From positions 443 through 64,442 of the forward strand of contig CAMIVR010000014.1 of assembly GCA_946402065.1 (NCBI GenBank): DNA of 64,000 nucleotides. The letters run 5' to 3'. Positions 41,238 to 51,162 of this stretch are shown here, in pieces; positions within the stretch are counted from its first letter, which is position 1, and the number at the start of each line of letters is the position of its first letter. Source of the stretch: an uncultured Brevibacillus sp. (lineage in GTDB: Bacteria; Bacillota; Bacilli; Brevibacillales; Brevibacillaceae). The notes beneath the pieces were generated by a model. It made no database searches. It was not told the origin of the DNA and saw only the letters and a program-made list of their open reading frames with translations. A program made the translations under genes and the position numbers.

Positions 41238-42017
41238 TTACCCCATAGCATCTATATTTTCTGGAATTGTTTGGCCGCCGTCCACGATGAGCGTTTGGCC
41301 GGTGATGAAGCCTGCTTCCTTAGACGCGAGGAAAAGCGCTGCATGGGCAATATCCTCGACGCTGCCAAGCCGCTTCAGCGGAATGGACGAAGCCATTTTC
41401 TGCAAATACTCATCCCCAAGGCCCTGCAGCCCCTCGGTCAAAATATTACCGGGCATCACGGCATTGATCGTAATCTGATGATGGGCCAGCTCCAATGCTG
41501 CACTGCGCATCAACCCGAGCTGGGCTGCTTTACTGGCGCCGTAATGGGACCATCCGGCATAACCAGTCACCGGACCTGTGATCGAAGACGTAATGATGAC
41601 GCGACCGTACTCCGCCTGCTTTAAGTACGGCAGGCAGGCCTGCAGGGCGAAAAGCGTGCCGCGAGCGTTCGTGCAAAGCACCTGATCCCAGTCATCACCG
41701 CTCATTTCTTCCAGTGAAGCGCTGGGAAAAATGCCTGCGTTGGCGCACAGCACATCGATTCCGCCAAACGCTTTGGCAACTGCTTCCGCCAGCTCCGTCA
41801 TTGAGCTGCGGCTAGACACGTCGCCGGCGAATGCTTTCGCGATCCAGCCGGCATCCCTGATTTCTGCCGCACACGCTTCGGCAGCCTCCAGATGGCGTGC
41901 CACAACCGCCACTTGTGCCCCCTGACTCGCGAACACACGGGCAATCCCCTTTCCAATCCCTTTACTTGAGCCTGTGACCAAAACTGCTTTGCCGTTGATT
42001 GAATTCGCCATGTCCAA
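41238..42017 (-). CDS. SDR oxidoreductase, putative 1-amino-2-propanol dehydrogenase
   Basis: TGSSKGIG; TSSITGPVTGYAGWSHYGASKAA and PGNILTEGL resemble (from recall) the amino-alcohol dehydrogenases of RMM/AAU loci. Confidence 0.8.
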   Translation of the reverse strand: MDMANSINGKAVLVTGSSKGIGKGIARVFASQGAQVAVVARHLEAAEACAAEIRDAGWIAKAFAGDVSSRSSMTELAEAVAKAFGGIDVLCANAGIFPSASLEEMSGDDWDQVLCTNARGTLFALQACLPYLKQAEYGRVIITSSITGPVTGYAGWSHYGASKAAQLGLMRSAALELAHHQITINAVMPGNILTEGLQGLGDEYLQKMASSIPLKRLGSVEDIAHAALFLASKEAGFITGQTLIVDGGQTIPENIDAMG

Positions 42018-42092
42018 CCACTCCTCTTTTCAAGTCAGGATTTTGCATAAATCCTCCGTGTAAATCTGCTTTTGTGAGGAAACCGTTTTCAT

Positions 42093-43112
42093 TTATTGAT
42101 AGTTGATCAGCAAGTATTTCTTTGCCATGTCTACCGTGTTGGCCGCAAAGTCGGTGCCCAATTGCTTTGCTGTATCGCTATCGGAATGCGTCCCTAACCA
42201 GGCGAGCAGGATCAACCGGCGAAGCATGATAAACGTTGGAATCTCGGCTTCTTCTTCGTCGGATATGGCGCGTACCTTGCGATAGCCTTTCAGCCATGCG
42301 TTCACTAATTCCGGGACAATCGGCTCGTGCTCGATGAAGCTTACTGCGGCTGCCAGATCGTACAAAAACCAGCCATAGCCGCAATCGTCAAAATCAATCA
42401 CATAGATTTGGTTGTCCTCAATCAATAAGTTGGCTAAGCGTAAATCTGCATGGATTAACCCGAATCGCTCGGGTGTCTTGCCGAACCGTTGCAGTCTTTG
42501 CGCGATCATATCGACGACCTGTTGAAACAGCTCCGCCCTCTCTGCCGTAACATCCGGTCCGTCCTGCCATCTCCCCCACCGCGGGCTGTCTCCGAGCATG
42601 GTCTCAAAGTCCCATGTAAACCGGCTTACGTGCTTGGAATCCTCCCAGTTTTGCACGTGATCATGCAAAAGCGCGTTCACTTCGCCAAGCCGTTCAAATT
42701 GTGCGATCAGGTTGTTTTCACCTATTTCGTCAGGAGCCTGTCCATTTAAAAAAGTAAACATGACGCAGTGTTGAGGCACTGCCCCGTCTTCGCAGGGTAG
42801 CGTTTGGACATACTCCCCGTTCTTTCCCGCGATCGGTTGCGGGACGGTTATAGAAGCGCTGTGAGCAATGTTCTCCATCCAGATCAATTCGCTCTCCAGC
42901 TCCCTCTTCGAATGATAGCCCGGCCGGTTTAGCCGCAGCACCATACGGACATCGTTCTCCGGATCCTCGACCAAGTAGGTAGTGTTCTCCGAGTAATTCA
43001 GCAGACTGCAGGTGGAAGCAGGAGACAGATCATATAGTTGTAACGCCTGGATGGCTAGTTTGTCCATGAATGATCTACGCTCTTCTTCCGATTGCGCGTG
43101 CAAACGTTGCAT
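42093..43112 (-). CDS. APH/choline-kinase-fold phosphotransferase, putative amino-alcohol kinase
   Basis: SENTTY, LIHADLRLANLL, IDFDDCGYGW..YDLA motifs; first gene of the BMC operon. Confidence 0.85.
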   Translation of the reverse strand: MQRLHAQSEEERRSFMDKLAIQALQLYDLSPASTCSLLNYSENTTYLVEDPENDVRMVLRLNRPGYHSKRELESELIWMENIAHSASITVPQPIAGKNGEYVQTLPCEDGAVPQHCVMFTFLNGQAPDEIGENNLIAQFERLGEVNALLHDHVQNWEDSKHVSRFTWDFETMLGDSPRWGRWQDGPDVTAERAELFQQVVDMIAQRLQRFGKTPERFGLIHADLRLANLLIEDNQIYVIDFDDCGYGWFLYDLAAAVSFIEHEPIVPELVNAWLKGYRKVRAISDEEEAEIPTFIMLRRLILLAWLGTHSDSDTAKQLGTDFAANTVDMAKKYLLINYQ

Positions 43113-43348
43113 GATACCCCCCCTTTGCTTTCAAACACCATCTAACATATCGCTCTTGAACAGGTCATTGTTCTGGCGACCGTCTTTTTTCAACACAGCG
43201 ATCAAATGCGAGCGTAATTGTAAATTTCTGCAACCGAGAGCGGCATGTTGAGGGGGGTTACTAGGAAAAGCAATCGCTGTCTTGTTGAAACCACATCGAA
43301 AATTTGTGGTTTGTTGATGTTTTTTGAGTTTTTATGTGTTTTAATGCA

Positions 43349-43377
43349 ATATTAATTTGGTTTTTACGAGTTGTCAA
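43349..43377 (-). promoter_or_regulatory. Candidate SigA promoter of the BMC operon
   Basis: TTGACA-N17-TAATAT on the minus strand in an AT-rich stretch. Confidence 0.65.
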
Positions 43378-43438
43378 TATTTTTATATAATTCCAATTAC
43401 GTTAATTATTCTGATAAATAGTCCCGACCAGCTTTTGC

Positions 43439-43522
43439 CCCAACCATTTGCATCCGCTTGCGGTATAATGAAAAGTAGCTCACTTAACGATTTCACGAAA
43501 TTCCAAATCTGGGAGTGAACTT
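43439..43522 (+). repeat. Direct repeat copy B (scoA promoter/RBS copy with no scoA behind it)
   Basis: About 86% identical to 29863-29948. Confidence 0.9.
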
Positions 43523-43677
43523 ATCCCCCAGCCCCATAGCGAAAGCCAGTTTCCCTTATGCTTACACCCATTATTGCTTTCGCGAGATAAAATTTCCTGA
43601 AAGGATAAAAAAACCAACAAATCCCCAAGGGAACCTGCTGGTCTTTCGTACTTTTCGCTCAAAAAGGAGTGACTCTT

Positions 43678-44358
43678 ATGCAGCCGCTAGGATGTTTGAT
43701 CCTGCACGGTTTTGCCGGTGATGTTCACGAGGTGCTGCCGCTCGCCCTCCATCTGAAGGAGGCGGGTTATGTCGTCGAGTGCCCGACGTTGGCCGGCCAT
43801 GGCCACACACGCCGCTCGCTGGCCAAAACCTCGCGCCATGACTGGATTGCTTCCGCTGAGGAAGCGTACAAGCGATTGGCCATGCGCGTGGAAAAGATCG
43901 TCCTGATCGGCTTCTCCATGGGCGGCCTGCTCGCCTGTCAGGTAGCGGCCAAGCACCCTGCCGAACTGCTGATCACGCTCAACACACCGTACTACTATTG
44001 GGATGTGCAGCAGGCTCTGCGAAATGTGAAAATCGATTTCCGTTCTCACGTCACCCGCTACCTGAAAGGTTTGACCCGTATCCCGGTCAGCAGCATGCTG
44101 CAATTTCGCCAGCTTTTGGCGGAAACCAAAGCGCTGATGGCTCAAGTCTCCTGTCCCAGCCTGATTCTGCAAGGCCAGCGCGACGATACCGTTCAAGCGA
44201 TAAGTGCCGACGCCTTACGTCAGCACCTGGGCAGTCAACAATCGGAAACGGTGTATTTCCCCAATTCAGGTCACCTTCTGCTGCACAGTCCGGACGCCCA
44301 AGAAGCAGTACGGACAATCTCCGCTGCCCTGGAGAAGCTGACTGTCTCAAAAGCTTAG
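43678..44358 (+). CDS. Carboxylesterase (YvaK/Est-like alpha/beta hydrolase)
   Basis: LHGF, GFSMGG, DD, SGH catalytic motifs; AAAGGAG RBS. Confidence 0.88.
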   Translation: MQPLGCLILHGFAGDVHEVLPLALHLKEAGYVVECPTLAGHGHTRRSLAKTSRHDWIASAEEAYKRLAMRVEKIVLIGFSMGGLLACQVAAKHPAELLITLNTPYYYWDVQQALRNVKIDFRSHVTRYLKGLTRIPVSSMLQFRQLLAETKALMAQVSCPSLILQGQRDDTVQAISADALRQHLGSQQSETVYFPNSGHLLLHSPDAQEAVRTISAALEKLTVSKA

Positions 44359-44483
44359 CAGACAAAGCGATTTCGGCACAGTCGTACTGCTGATCTCCCC
44401 TGCTGTGCCGAAGCAATGCCCTGTCGGAGTATTTCACCACCGAGCTTCACGCCACTGAATGAAAGCAACAACCGCCTGGGTCC

Positions 44484-45383
44484 TTACGGAAAGACGACGG
44501 TCTTGTTTGCATAGACAAGCACACGGTCTTCCAGGTGCCAGCGCACTGCCCGAGCCAGCACAGTCCGCTCGACCTGGCGACCGATCTGCTTCAGGTCATC
44601 CACCTCGAACTGGTGTGTGACACGATGGACGTCCTGCTCAATGATCGGTCCGGCATCCAGCTCCTCCGTGACGTAGTGGGCCGTCGCACCGATCAGCTTC
44701 ACGCCGCGCTCATACGCCCGCTCATACGGCTTGGCCCCGACAAAAGCAGGCAAAAACGAATGATGGATATTAATAATCCGGTCAGGATAATCCTGCAAAA
44801 ACTGCGGCGACAAGATTTGCATGTAGCGAGCGAGCACGATCACATCGACATTTTGCTTGATCAGCTCGACCTGTGCCTGCTCCGCTTGGCTTTTCGTATC
44901 CTTGGTCACAGGGATGTGGTAGAACGGGATGTCGAACGACTCCACGGTTTCCTTGAGATCAGGGTGATTGCTGATCACCATCGCGATGTCGGCATGCAGC
45001 ACGCCGGAATTCCACTGCCACAGCAGCTCCAGCAAGCAGTGATCCTCTTTGGAAACAAAAATCGCCATCCGCTTCCGCCGTTTCGCCTCTACAATGGACC
45101 AATTCATCTCAAACGTATCGGCAATCTGTTGGAAATCTTGCTGCAATTGGGCAAACCTCGCTTCAAGATCCACTACATCGAATTCAATCCGCATGAAAAA
45201 ACGCCCGTTTTCCGGATCCGTCGTATACTGGTCGGATTGTGCGATGTTAGCTCCGTGCTCAAATAAAAACCGCGATACTTCCGCAACGATCCCCGCCCGG
45301 TCGGGACAAGCGATCAGCATTCTCGCCCGGTCCTTGTTTTTTTCACGATACGTTTGCCATTCCCTGTCTGACAGTCGGTACAT
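44484..45383 (-). CDS. purU: Formyltetrahydrofolate deformylase
   Basis: CPDRAGIVA ACT domain, LARYMQILS, INIHHSFLPAF, GATAHYVT. Confidence 0.96.
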   Translation of the reverse strand: MYRLSDREWQTYREKNKDRARMLIACPDRAGIVAEVSRFLFEHGANIAQSDQYTTDPENGRFFMRIEFDVVDLEARFAQLQQDFQQIADTFEMNWSIVEAKRRKRMAIFVSKEDHCLLELLWQWNSGVLHADIAMVISNHPDLKETVESFDIPFYHIPVTKDTKSQAEQAQVELIKQNVDVIVLARYMQILSPQFLQDYPDRIINIHHSFLPAFVGAKPYERAYERGVKLIGATAHYVTEELDAGPIIEQDVHRVTHQFEVDDLKQIGRQVERTVLARAVRWHLEDRVLVYANKTVVFP

Positions 45384-45467
45384 CTCTCTTTTCCTCCATC
45401 ACAAAGCATGAAATTTTTCTCATCAGTATAGCACGACTCAACATATGGCTGCCTGGAAAAATTATTT

Positions 45468-46226
45468 CTATCGTAATTTACAACTATTCACAAACGCTTC
45501 AAACAACACGAGGTATTCCGGGTTTCGGTCGATCATCATCTCCGGATGCCACTGAACCGCGACGACAAACCGTTCACCCGTCATCTCGATCCCCTCGATC
45601 ACCCCGTCGGGAGCTGTCATCGTTTCCTCGAAGCCCTGCCCCAGCTCTTTGACCGCCTGATGATTCAGACTGTTGACTGCAAGCGTCTCTGTCTGAAAAA
45701 TCGCATGCAGCCTCGAGTTCGGCTTGATCGCCACCGTATGTGTCGGGTAGTGTTTGGGAGCGCTGGTCAGCGTGTGGTTCATTCCATCGGGCCGCTCCAG
45801 ACGCAAATCCTGGTACAGAGTGCCGCCCATCGCTACATTCAGCACCTGGGAGCCTCGGCAAATGCCCAGCACGGGAATACGCAACTCGCTGATTACTTTT
45901 TTCGCCAGCGCCACTTCATGACTGTCCCGCCGCGGTTCGATTCCACCGATGCCGTATCTGGGCAAATCGCCGTAGCATTGCGGATCGATGTCGGAGCCAC
46001 CGGTAAACAAAATGCCATCGAGCATCTGCACGATCGGCTCGAGCGTTGACAGCTCTTCCGTAACCGGCAAAATAATCGGCACTCCCCCGGCACGCTCGAT
46101 CGCTTTGATATAATCGTCGGCAAGCAGTTGCCACTCCTGCCCTGCCACCCCCAGGTATGTTGTCAGTCCGGCAGCGTCACTTGACGAATAGTTGGCGCAA
46201 ATCCCGATCAGTGGTTTTTTCATCAA
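45468..46226 (-). CDS. Gamma-glutamyl-gamma-aminobutyrate hydrolase family (peptidase C26)
   Basis: GGSDIDP, GICRG, NSLNHQ, VQWHPE. Confidence 0.9.
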   Translation of the reverse strand: MMKKPLIGICANYSSSDAAGLTTYLGVAGQEWQLLADDYIKAIERAGGVPIILPVTEELSTLEPIVQMLDGILFTGGSDIDPQCYGDLPRYGIGGIEPRRDSHEVALAKKVISELRIPVLGICRGSQVLNVAMGGTLYQDLRLERPDGMNHTLTSAPKHYPTHTVAIKPNSRLHAIFQTETLAVNSLNHQAVKELGQGFEETMTAPDGVIEGIEMTGERFVVAVQWHPEMMIDRNPEYLVLFEAFVNSCKLR

Positions 46227-46469
46227 AACGTCCTCCCCATCCTTCTATGATCTGTAAAATGTCCGCCCGGCAAGAAGTCCTGACAGAACGGCTTGACGCA
46301 AACGTGCAACAATCCACTTCCATTCGCCGTCAAACGTAATAAGCCTGCCTGTTTGTTGTGACCATTTCGTCTACGCAAAAGCTGATTGTCATTCGATATG
46401 GCTGGTCTATGTCAATGCGCTGCTGGCAATACGCAACCGCACAACTACTCTGGAAAGGGTGAACCGCCT

Positions 46470-47183
46470 ATGCAAAAAAACATGCCGCTTGCAATAATCC
46501 TGCTGGCTATCCTGCTCACGGTCGGCTGCACACCGGCAAACAACTCTACCGGCCAACCGCCTGCGCCGGAGTCAACCCGGCCACCAGCGGACGATCCGTC
46601 CCCAAATGGCGTCGCCTCCGCTCCACTCGATATCGGCAAAACAGAGTACATCCATCGAACAAGTAACAACGCTGAGCTCAAGCAGCGCTTCTTTGACGAA
46701 GTGGACAAGAAACAAGCCGTGCGCTGGAATTTTGACGTGATGACGACCGAGGGCGACCCGATCCACCATACGCTGATCTACGATCCTGCGCAAAGCCTGT
46801 TTACCCTGACCATCGATACCCGTGATGACAAGTTCGGGCAACCAAGCGTAACGGAGAAGAGCTGCAAACAGTACAAGCGTGAAGCCGACCTGCTCACTGA
46901 CTGTACGGGCGAACAAAAAACGTTCGGTCTCTTCGGCGCCCCGCTGGTTCCGTTAACCGAGCAATCGGGGCTTGCCTTTATCAAGGAGCACCTCGCTGCC
47001 TATGGAGACGAGGTACTCACAGCCGCACCAGTCGCGTCTATTCCGTACATGAAGGATTACCAGCCTGCCGAGAACTACTTTTTCTATCAAGCGACGATCA
47101 AGGAGGAAGGCAAAGAGCAAACGGTCTACTTTGCCATCGAGAAAGCCACCTGGGAGGTTAACAGAAGAGCAGCAAATGAGTGA
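46470..47183 (+). CDS. Lipoprotein (DUF4362-like)
   Basis: Lipobox LTVGC; TTEGDPI...DTRDDKFG motif; candidate ECF promoter TGCAAC-N17-CGTC at 46305-46331. Confidence 0.75.
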   Translation: MQKNMPLAIILLAILLTVGCTPANNSTGQPPAPESTRPPADDPSPNGVASAPLDIGKTEYIHRTSNNAELKQRFFDEVDKKQAVRWNFDVMTTEGDPIHHTLIYDPAQSLFTLTIDTRDDKFGQPSVTEKSCKQYKREADLLTDCTGEQKTFGLFGAPLVPLTEQSGLAFIKEHLAAYGDEVLTAAPVASIPYMKDYQPAENYFFYQATIKEEGKEQTVYFAIEKATWEVNRRAANE

Positions 47184-47331
47184 TGCGACCGAACCGTGCT
47201 GCTGGCCTTTTCCGTTGCCTTGAACCTCGTATCGCGCCAGCATCGATTGCCTCGCGCCTGTAAGGAGTCGGCGATTATTCGTGGTCTTGAGCCGCTTATG
47301 AAGCAGGCTCGACTTCAATCGCCTGCTCCCC

Positions 47332-50300
47332 TTACTCGATCAACACGGCCCGATCAGCTGCAAACAGGTACAAGTAGCTCTCATCGACATCGCGCTGCCA
47401 AATTTGCCGGATGGCCCGTCGGTACAAGCGGATTTGCTCGCGATAACGATTCGCAATGAGACGAACGCCCTGATCGGTCGAATCTCCGCGCAGCGCATCC
47501 GTTTTAAAATCGAGCAGAACCAGCTTGCCGTCGTGCTCCTCCAGCACGCAGTCGATCACCCCTTGGACGATGACTTGCTCTTGGTCTGTTTCACGGAAGT
47601 CGCTGGACAGCTCATGCGCCGGAAGCGCCATGGTAAACGGCAGCTCGCGGCGAACCCGCACGGCCTGACGCATGCGCATGCCCAACGGCGAACCGAACAG
47701 AGCGGCAAGCTGCACGATCCTGACTTGCTTCATTTGCTCCTCTGTCAACAGCTGCCGATCGACTAGGGCCATGAGCTGCTCGCGGATATCCGCTTCGTCC
47801 AGTGAGCGCTGCAGATCGAGGTGCTGCAGCACTGTATGCGTAATCGTGCCAAGCTCCGCCGCGCTAAACGGATGGGCTTCCGCACCGCTGAGAAAGCGCG
47901 GCTTTTGCGTAATCCGCGGCGGCTTGAACGGCGTGTGCACATTCGCAGCCTTGGCGTATTTCAGATCGCTGACTGTCCACTTCGCCGCCATCGCAGCGGC
48001 GTGCTGCTGTTGATCCTGCCACTCCAGTTGACGGGCGATATACTGCCGCCATGTTTCATCTGCAGGACGATCCGGTACCGGTTGGCGGTTGGTGAGTGCC
48101 TCAAAGAGCGCCGCCTGCTGCTCCGTATCGCTCGTCTGCGGGACAAATTGCTTCGCTTCGTACAGGTGAAACGACCAGCGCGAGTCGTCCTGAATCTGTC
48201 GCAGCGGCTGTTCGGCTAGCTGCGCGTAGTCGTACAGAGGCCTGGCTGCGGAGTGGCGCACGAGTGCCCGGCCAATCCAGTCGAGATAGCCTTTTGCCTT
48301 GAGCAAATCGACATCGTCCAGTCGTTCGCCGTCCCCCGCCTGATTGCACCAGGCGCTGACGCGATCGGCAAGCTGCTTGGCCGAGCCGACGAGGATCAGC
48401 TTTTCGCGCGCACGCGTCAGCGCTACGTACAGTATGCGCATCTCTTCGGCCAGCATCTCCCGCTGAAGCTGCTTTTTGATCCCCAGCTGAGCGAGACTCG
48501 GATAGCGAAGCCGCAGCTTTTCATCGACTACGTACGGTCCGAACCCAAGCTCCTTGTGCAGCAGAAACGGGCTTTTCATGTCCATCGTGTTAAACTGCTT
48601 GCCCATTCCGGCGACGAACACGACGGGGAATTCCAGCCCTTTGCTTTTGTGGATCGTCATCATCCGCACGACGTCTTCACTCTCGCCAATCGTCCGCGCT
48701 TCTCCCAAATCACTGCCCGTCTGCTGCAGCCGTTCGACGAAGCGAAGGAACCGGAACAGTCCGCGGTACGTCGTGGCCTCATACTGACGCGCCCGATCGT
48801 ACAGCAGGCGCAGATTGGCCTGCCGCTGCTGCCCGTTTTCCAAGGCTGTCACGTACTCCACATAGCCTGTCTCGCGATAAATGCGGGCGATCAGATCAGC
48901 CAGTGAGCCTTGTCTGGCAGCTGTACGCCATTCCTCCAAACAGGCGAAAAACTGACACAGCCTGCGTTGCCAGTCACTCCGCTCATCTGCATGCTCACGG
49001 ATAAAATGCCGGACCGCCTGATAAAAATAGCCGTCCTTATGATGCAGCCGAATCGTTGTCAGCTCGGCTTCCGTAATCCCGACAACGGGTGAGCGCAGCA
49101 CCGCAGCCAGCGGTATGTCCTGCAGCGGGTTGTCGATCACCTTAAGCAGCGAGAGCATCACTTCAACCTCTGTTGCCGAAAAATACCCATCGCTCTGTTC
49201 CGCGTAGACGGGAATGCCCGCTGCCCGCAGCTCGTCCATCAGCGGCTGCGCCGAACCGGCAGTTGCCCGCAGCAGTATGACGATGTCGCGGTAAGCGAGC
49301 GGTCGGAGCGCTTTTTTCTCCTTGTCAAACACTACGAGCGGCTTTTCTCCTTCGCCCGGGGCCATCCACTGGCGAATCCGCTGGGCGATGAAACGCCCCT
49401 CCAATTGCGCTGCGCTCACATCGTCCCGGGAAATAGCTGCAATTGCTCCGGTGCCGTCATCTCCACCGGACATGTCCGCCGATTCCGTCGGCAATGACTC
49501 CGATGCCGCAGCATCCTCGCCAGTCGCCTCGTCCTCAGGCTCGTCCCGATTGATCATGTGCAGCTCGACCGCGAGGCGCTCCGGTTCCACATCGGCGTAT
49601 GTGCCGCGAAAAATCAACTCGGCTGCCTTGTCGTAGTCAATCTCTCCAACCTCCGGCGACATGATTTGCCGGAACAGGAAGTTGACGGCATTGACAACCT
49701 CGACCCGGCTGCGAAAGTTGGCCGCCAGATCGATCCGCACGCCCGCACTGTCTCCCGCCGACTCCGGATTCGTCTCGTAGCTGCGGTATTTTTCCATAAA
49801 CAGCCGCGGTTCGGCCAGGCGGAACCGATAGATGCTCTGCTTCACATCGCCAACCATAAAGCGATTGGAAACACCTGTTTCCCGCTCGTCGCGGGACACA
49901 AGCTGCAGGATCGTCTCCTGCACCAGGTTGATATCCTGATACTCGTCCACCAACACCTCGACAAACTGCTGGCTCAGCTCACGGGCTACTGCCGATGGCT
50001 GCAGACCTTCGCCGTCCGACTCAGCCAGCAGCACTTTCAGCGCAAGGTGCTCCAGATCGTTGAAGTCAACCAGTGCGCGTTCCTGTTTGGCCTGCTGATA
50101 CGCTTCGGAAAATTCCATCACCACGCGAGCGAGCGTCTGCATGTACGGGGCCATTTTGATCAGCCCGCTGCGGTATTCACCGGCTGAGGTGAGGAAGATT
50201 TCCTCCTGCAGCTTTTTCAGTGTATCCTTTGCTCCGTTGCGCTCTTTCTGGGCTTGTTCCTTCAGCCCCGGGTCGGCTTCCTTGACCGCAGGCAGTCTGG

Positions 50301-51162
50301 CAAACGCAATCCCGCGGACAGCTTGCTCCAACGCTTCCCAGCCCTCCCGAGAGGCCGCGATGGCCTGTTTTACCGCTGCCTGCTCCTGTTCGAGCAACGG
50401 TACGTAGGCTGCCGGTCCTTCCGGGGAAGCCGCCAGCAGCGCAGCTTTGCGCAATTGGCCCAGTATGCCCTGCAGCTCGAAGCGGACAGCCTGAACTACG
50501 CTTTTTGTCCACGGCAATAAGTCAAGCATCCCTTGCCCGCTCAGCGCAAACATCGCCGCAGCACGGTTTAGCCACCGGCTTGGCTGCGGATGGCTGCGAG
50601 AAAAATCATACAGCCGCAAAAGCAGCCGCGCGAGATTCTCGTCGTCCTGGCCGTCGGTCATGATGTCCGCCAGCTCGCGGAACGCCTGATCGCTCTCATA
50701 CCACTCCTCCAGCTTCGCTTCCAGTACATCCTGCCGCAGCAGCTCTGTCTCCATTTCGTCGCCGATGCGAAAATCCGGATCGAGGTCAACGGCGTAATAG
50801 TGCTGCCGCAAAAGCCCCAGGCAGAAGGAGTGAATCGTCGTAATCGTCGCCCGCTGCAGATAGGCCAGCTGCTTGCGCAGATGGGCGGACTGCGGATTGG
50901 CCTGAAGTGCCGCCTTGAGCGCTTCGCCGATGCGATGGCGCATTTCCGCTGCGGCCGCATTGGTAAAAGTAACGACGAGCAACTGGTCGACACCGACCGG
51001 TTCTTCCTGATTCGTCATTTTGCGGATGATCCGCTCCACCAGCACAGATGTCTTGCCTGAACCGGCTGCCGCGGCGACGAGCAGGTTCTTGCCTTTTTGA
51101 ATAATCGCCTGCCACTGCTCATCGGTCCAGCGGTCTGGTTTCTTCATCGCTTCTTCACTCAT
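47332..51162 (-). CDS. addA: Helicase-nuclease AddA
   Basis: AAAGSGKT, VDEYQD, VGDVKQSIYRFR, TIHKSKGLEF, QGVID...DFKTD; ATG 51162 overlaps the addB stop. Confidence 0.97.
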   Translation of the reverse strand: MSEEAMKKPDRWTDEQWQAIIQKGKNLLVAAAAGSGKTSVLVERIIRKMTNQEEPVGVDQLLVVTFTNAAAAEMRHRIGEALKAALQANPQSAHLRKQLAYLQRATITTIHSFCLGLLRQHYYAVDLDPDFRIGDEMETELLRQDVLEAKLEEWYESDQAFRELADIMTDGQDDENLARLLLRLYDFSRSHPQPSRWLNRAAAMFALSGQGMLDLLPWTKSVVQAVRFELQGILGQLRKAALLAASPEGPAAYVPLLEQEQAAVKQAIAASREGWEALEQAVRGIAFARLPAVKEADPGLKEQAQKERNGAKDTLKKLQEEIFLTSAGEYRSGLIKMAPYMQTLARVVMEFSEAYQQAKQERALVDFNDLEHLALKVLLAESDGEGLQPSAVARELSQQFVEVLVDEYQDINLVQETILQLVSRDERETGVSNRFMVGDVKQSIYRFRLAEPRLFMEKYRSYETNPESAGDSAGVRIDLAANFRSRVEVVNAVNFLFRQIMSPEVGEIDYDKAAELIFRGTYADVEPERLAVELHMINRDEPEDEATGEDAAASESLPTESADMSGGDDGTGAIAAISRDDVSAAQLEGRFIAQRIRQWMAPGEGEKPLVVFDKEKKALRPLAYRDIVILLRATAGSAQPLMDELRAAGIPVYAEQSDGYFSATEVEVMLSLLKVIDNPLQDIPLAAVLRSPVVGITEAELTTIRLHHKDGYFYQAVRHFIREHADERSDWQRRLCQFFACLEEWRTAARQGSLADLIARIYRETGYVEYVTALENGQQRQANLRLLYDRARQYEATTYRGLFRFLRFVERLQQTGSDLGEARTIGESEDVVRMMTIHKSKGLEFPVVFVAGMGKQFNTMDMKSPFLLHKELGFGPYVVDEKLRLRYPSLAQLGIKKQLQREMLAEEMRILYVALTRAREKLILVGSAKQLADRVSAWCNQAGDGERLDDVDLLKAKGYLDWIGRALVRHSAARPLYDYAQLAEQPLRQIQDDSRWSFHLYEAKQFVPQTSDTEQQAALFEALTNRQPVPDRPADETWRQYIARQLEWQDQQQHAAAMAAKWTVSDLKYAKAANVHTPFKPPRITQKPRFLSGAEAHPFSAAELGTITHTVLQHLDLQRSLDEADIREQLMALVDRQLLTEEQMKQVRIVQLAALFGSPLGMRMRQAVRVRRELPFTMALPAHELSSDFRETDQEQVIVQGVIDCVLEEHDGKLVLLDFKTDALRGDSTDQGVRLIANRYREQIRLYRRAIRQIWQRDVDESYLYLFAADRAVLIE

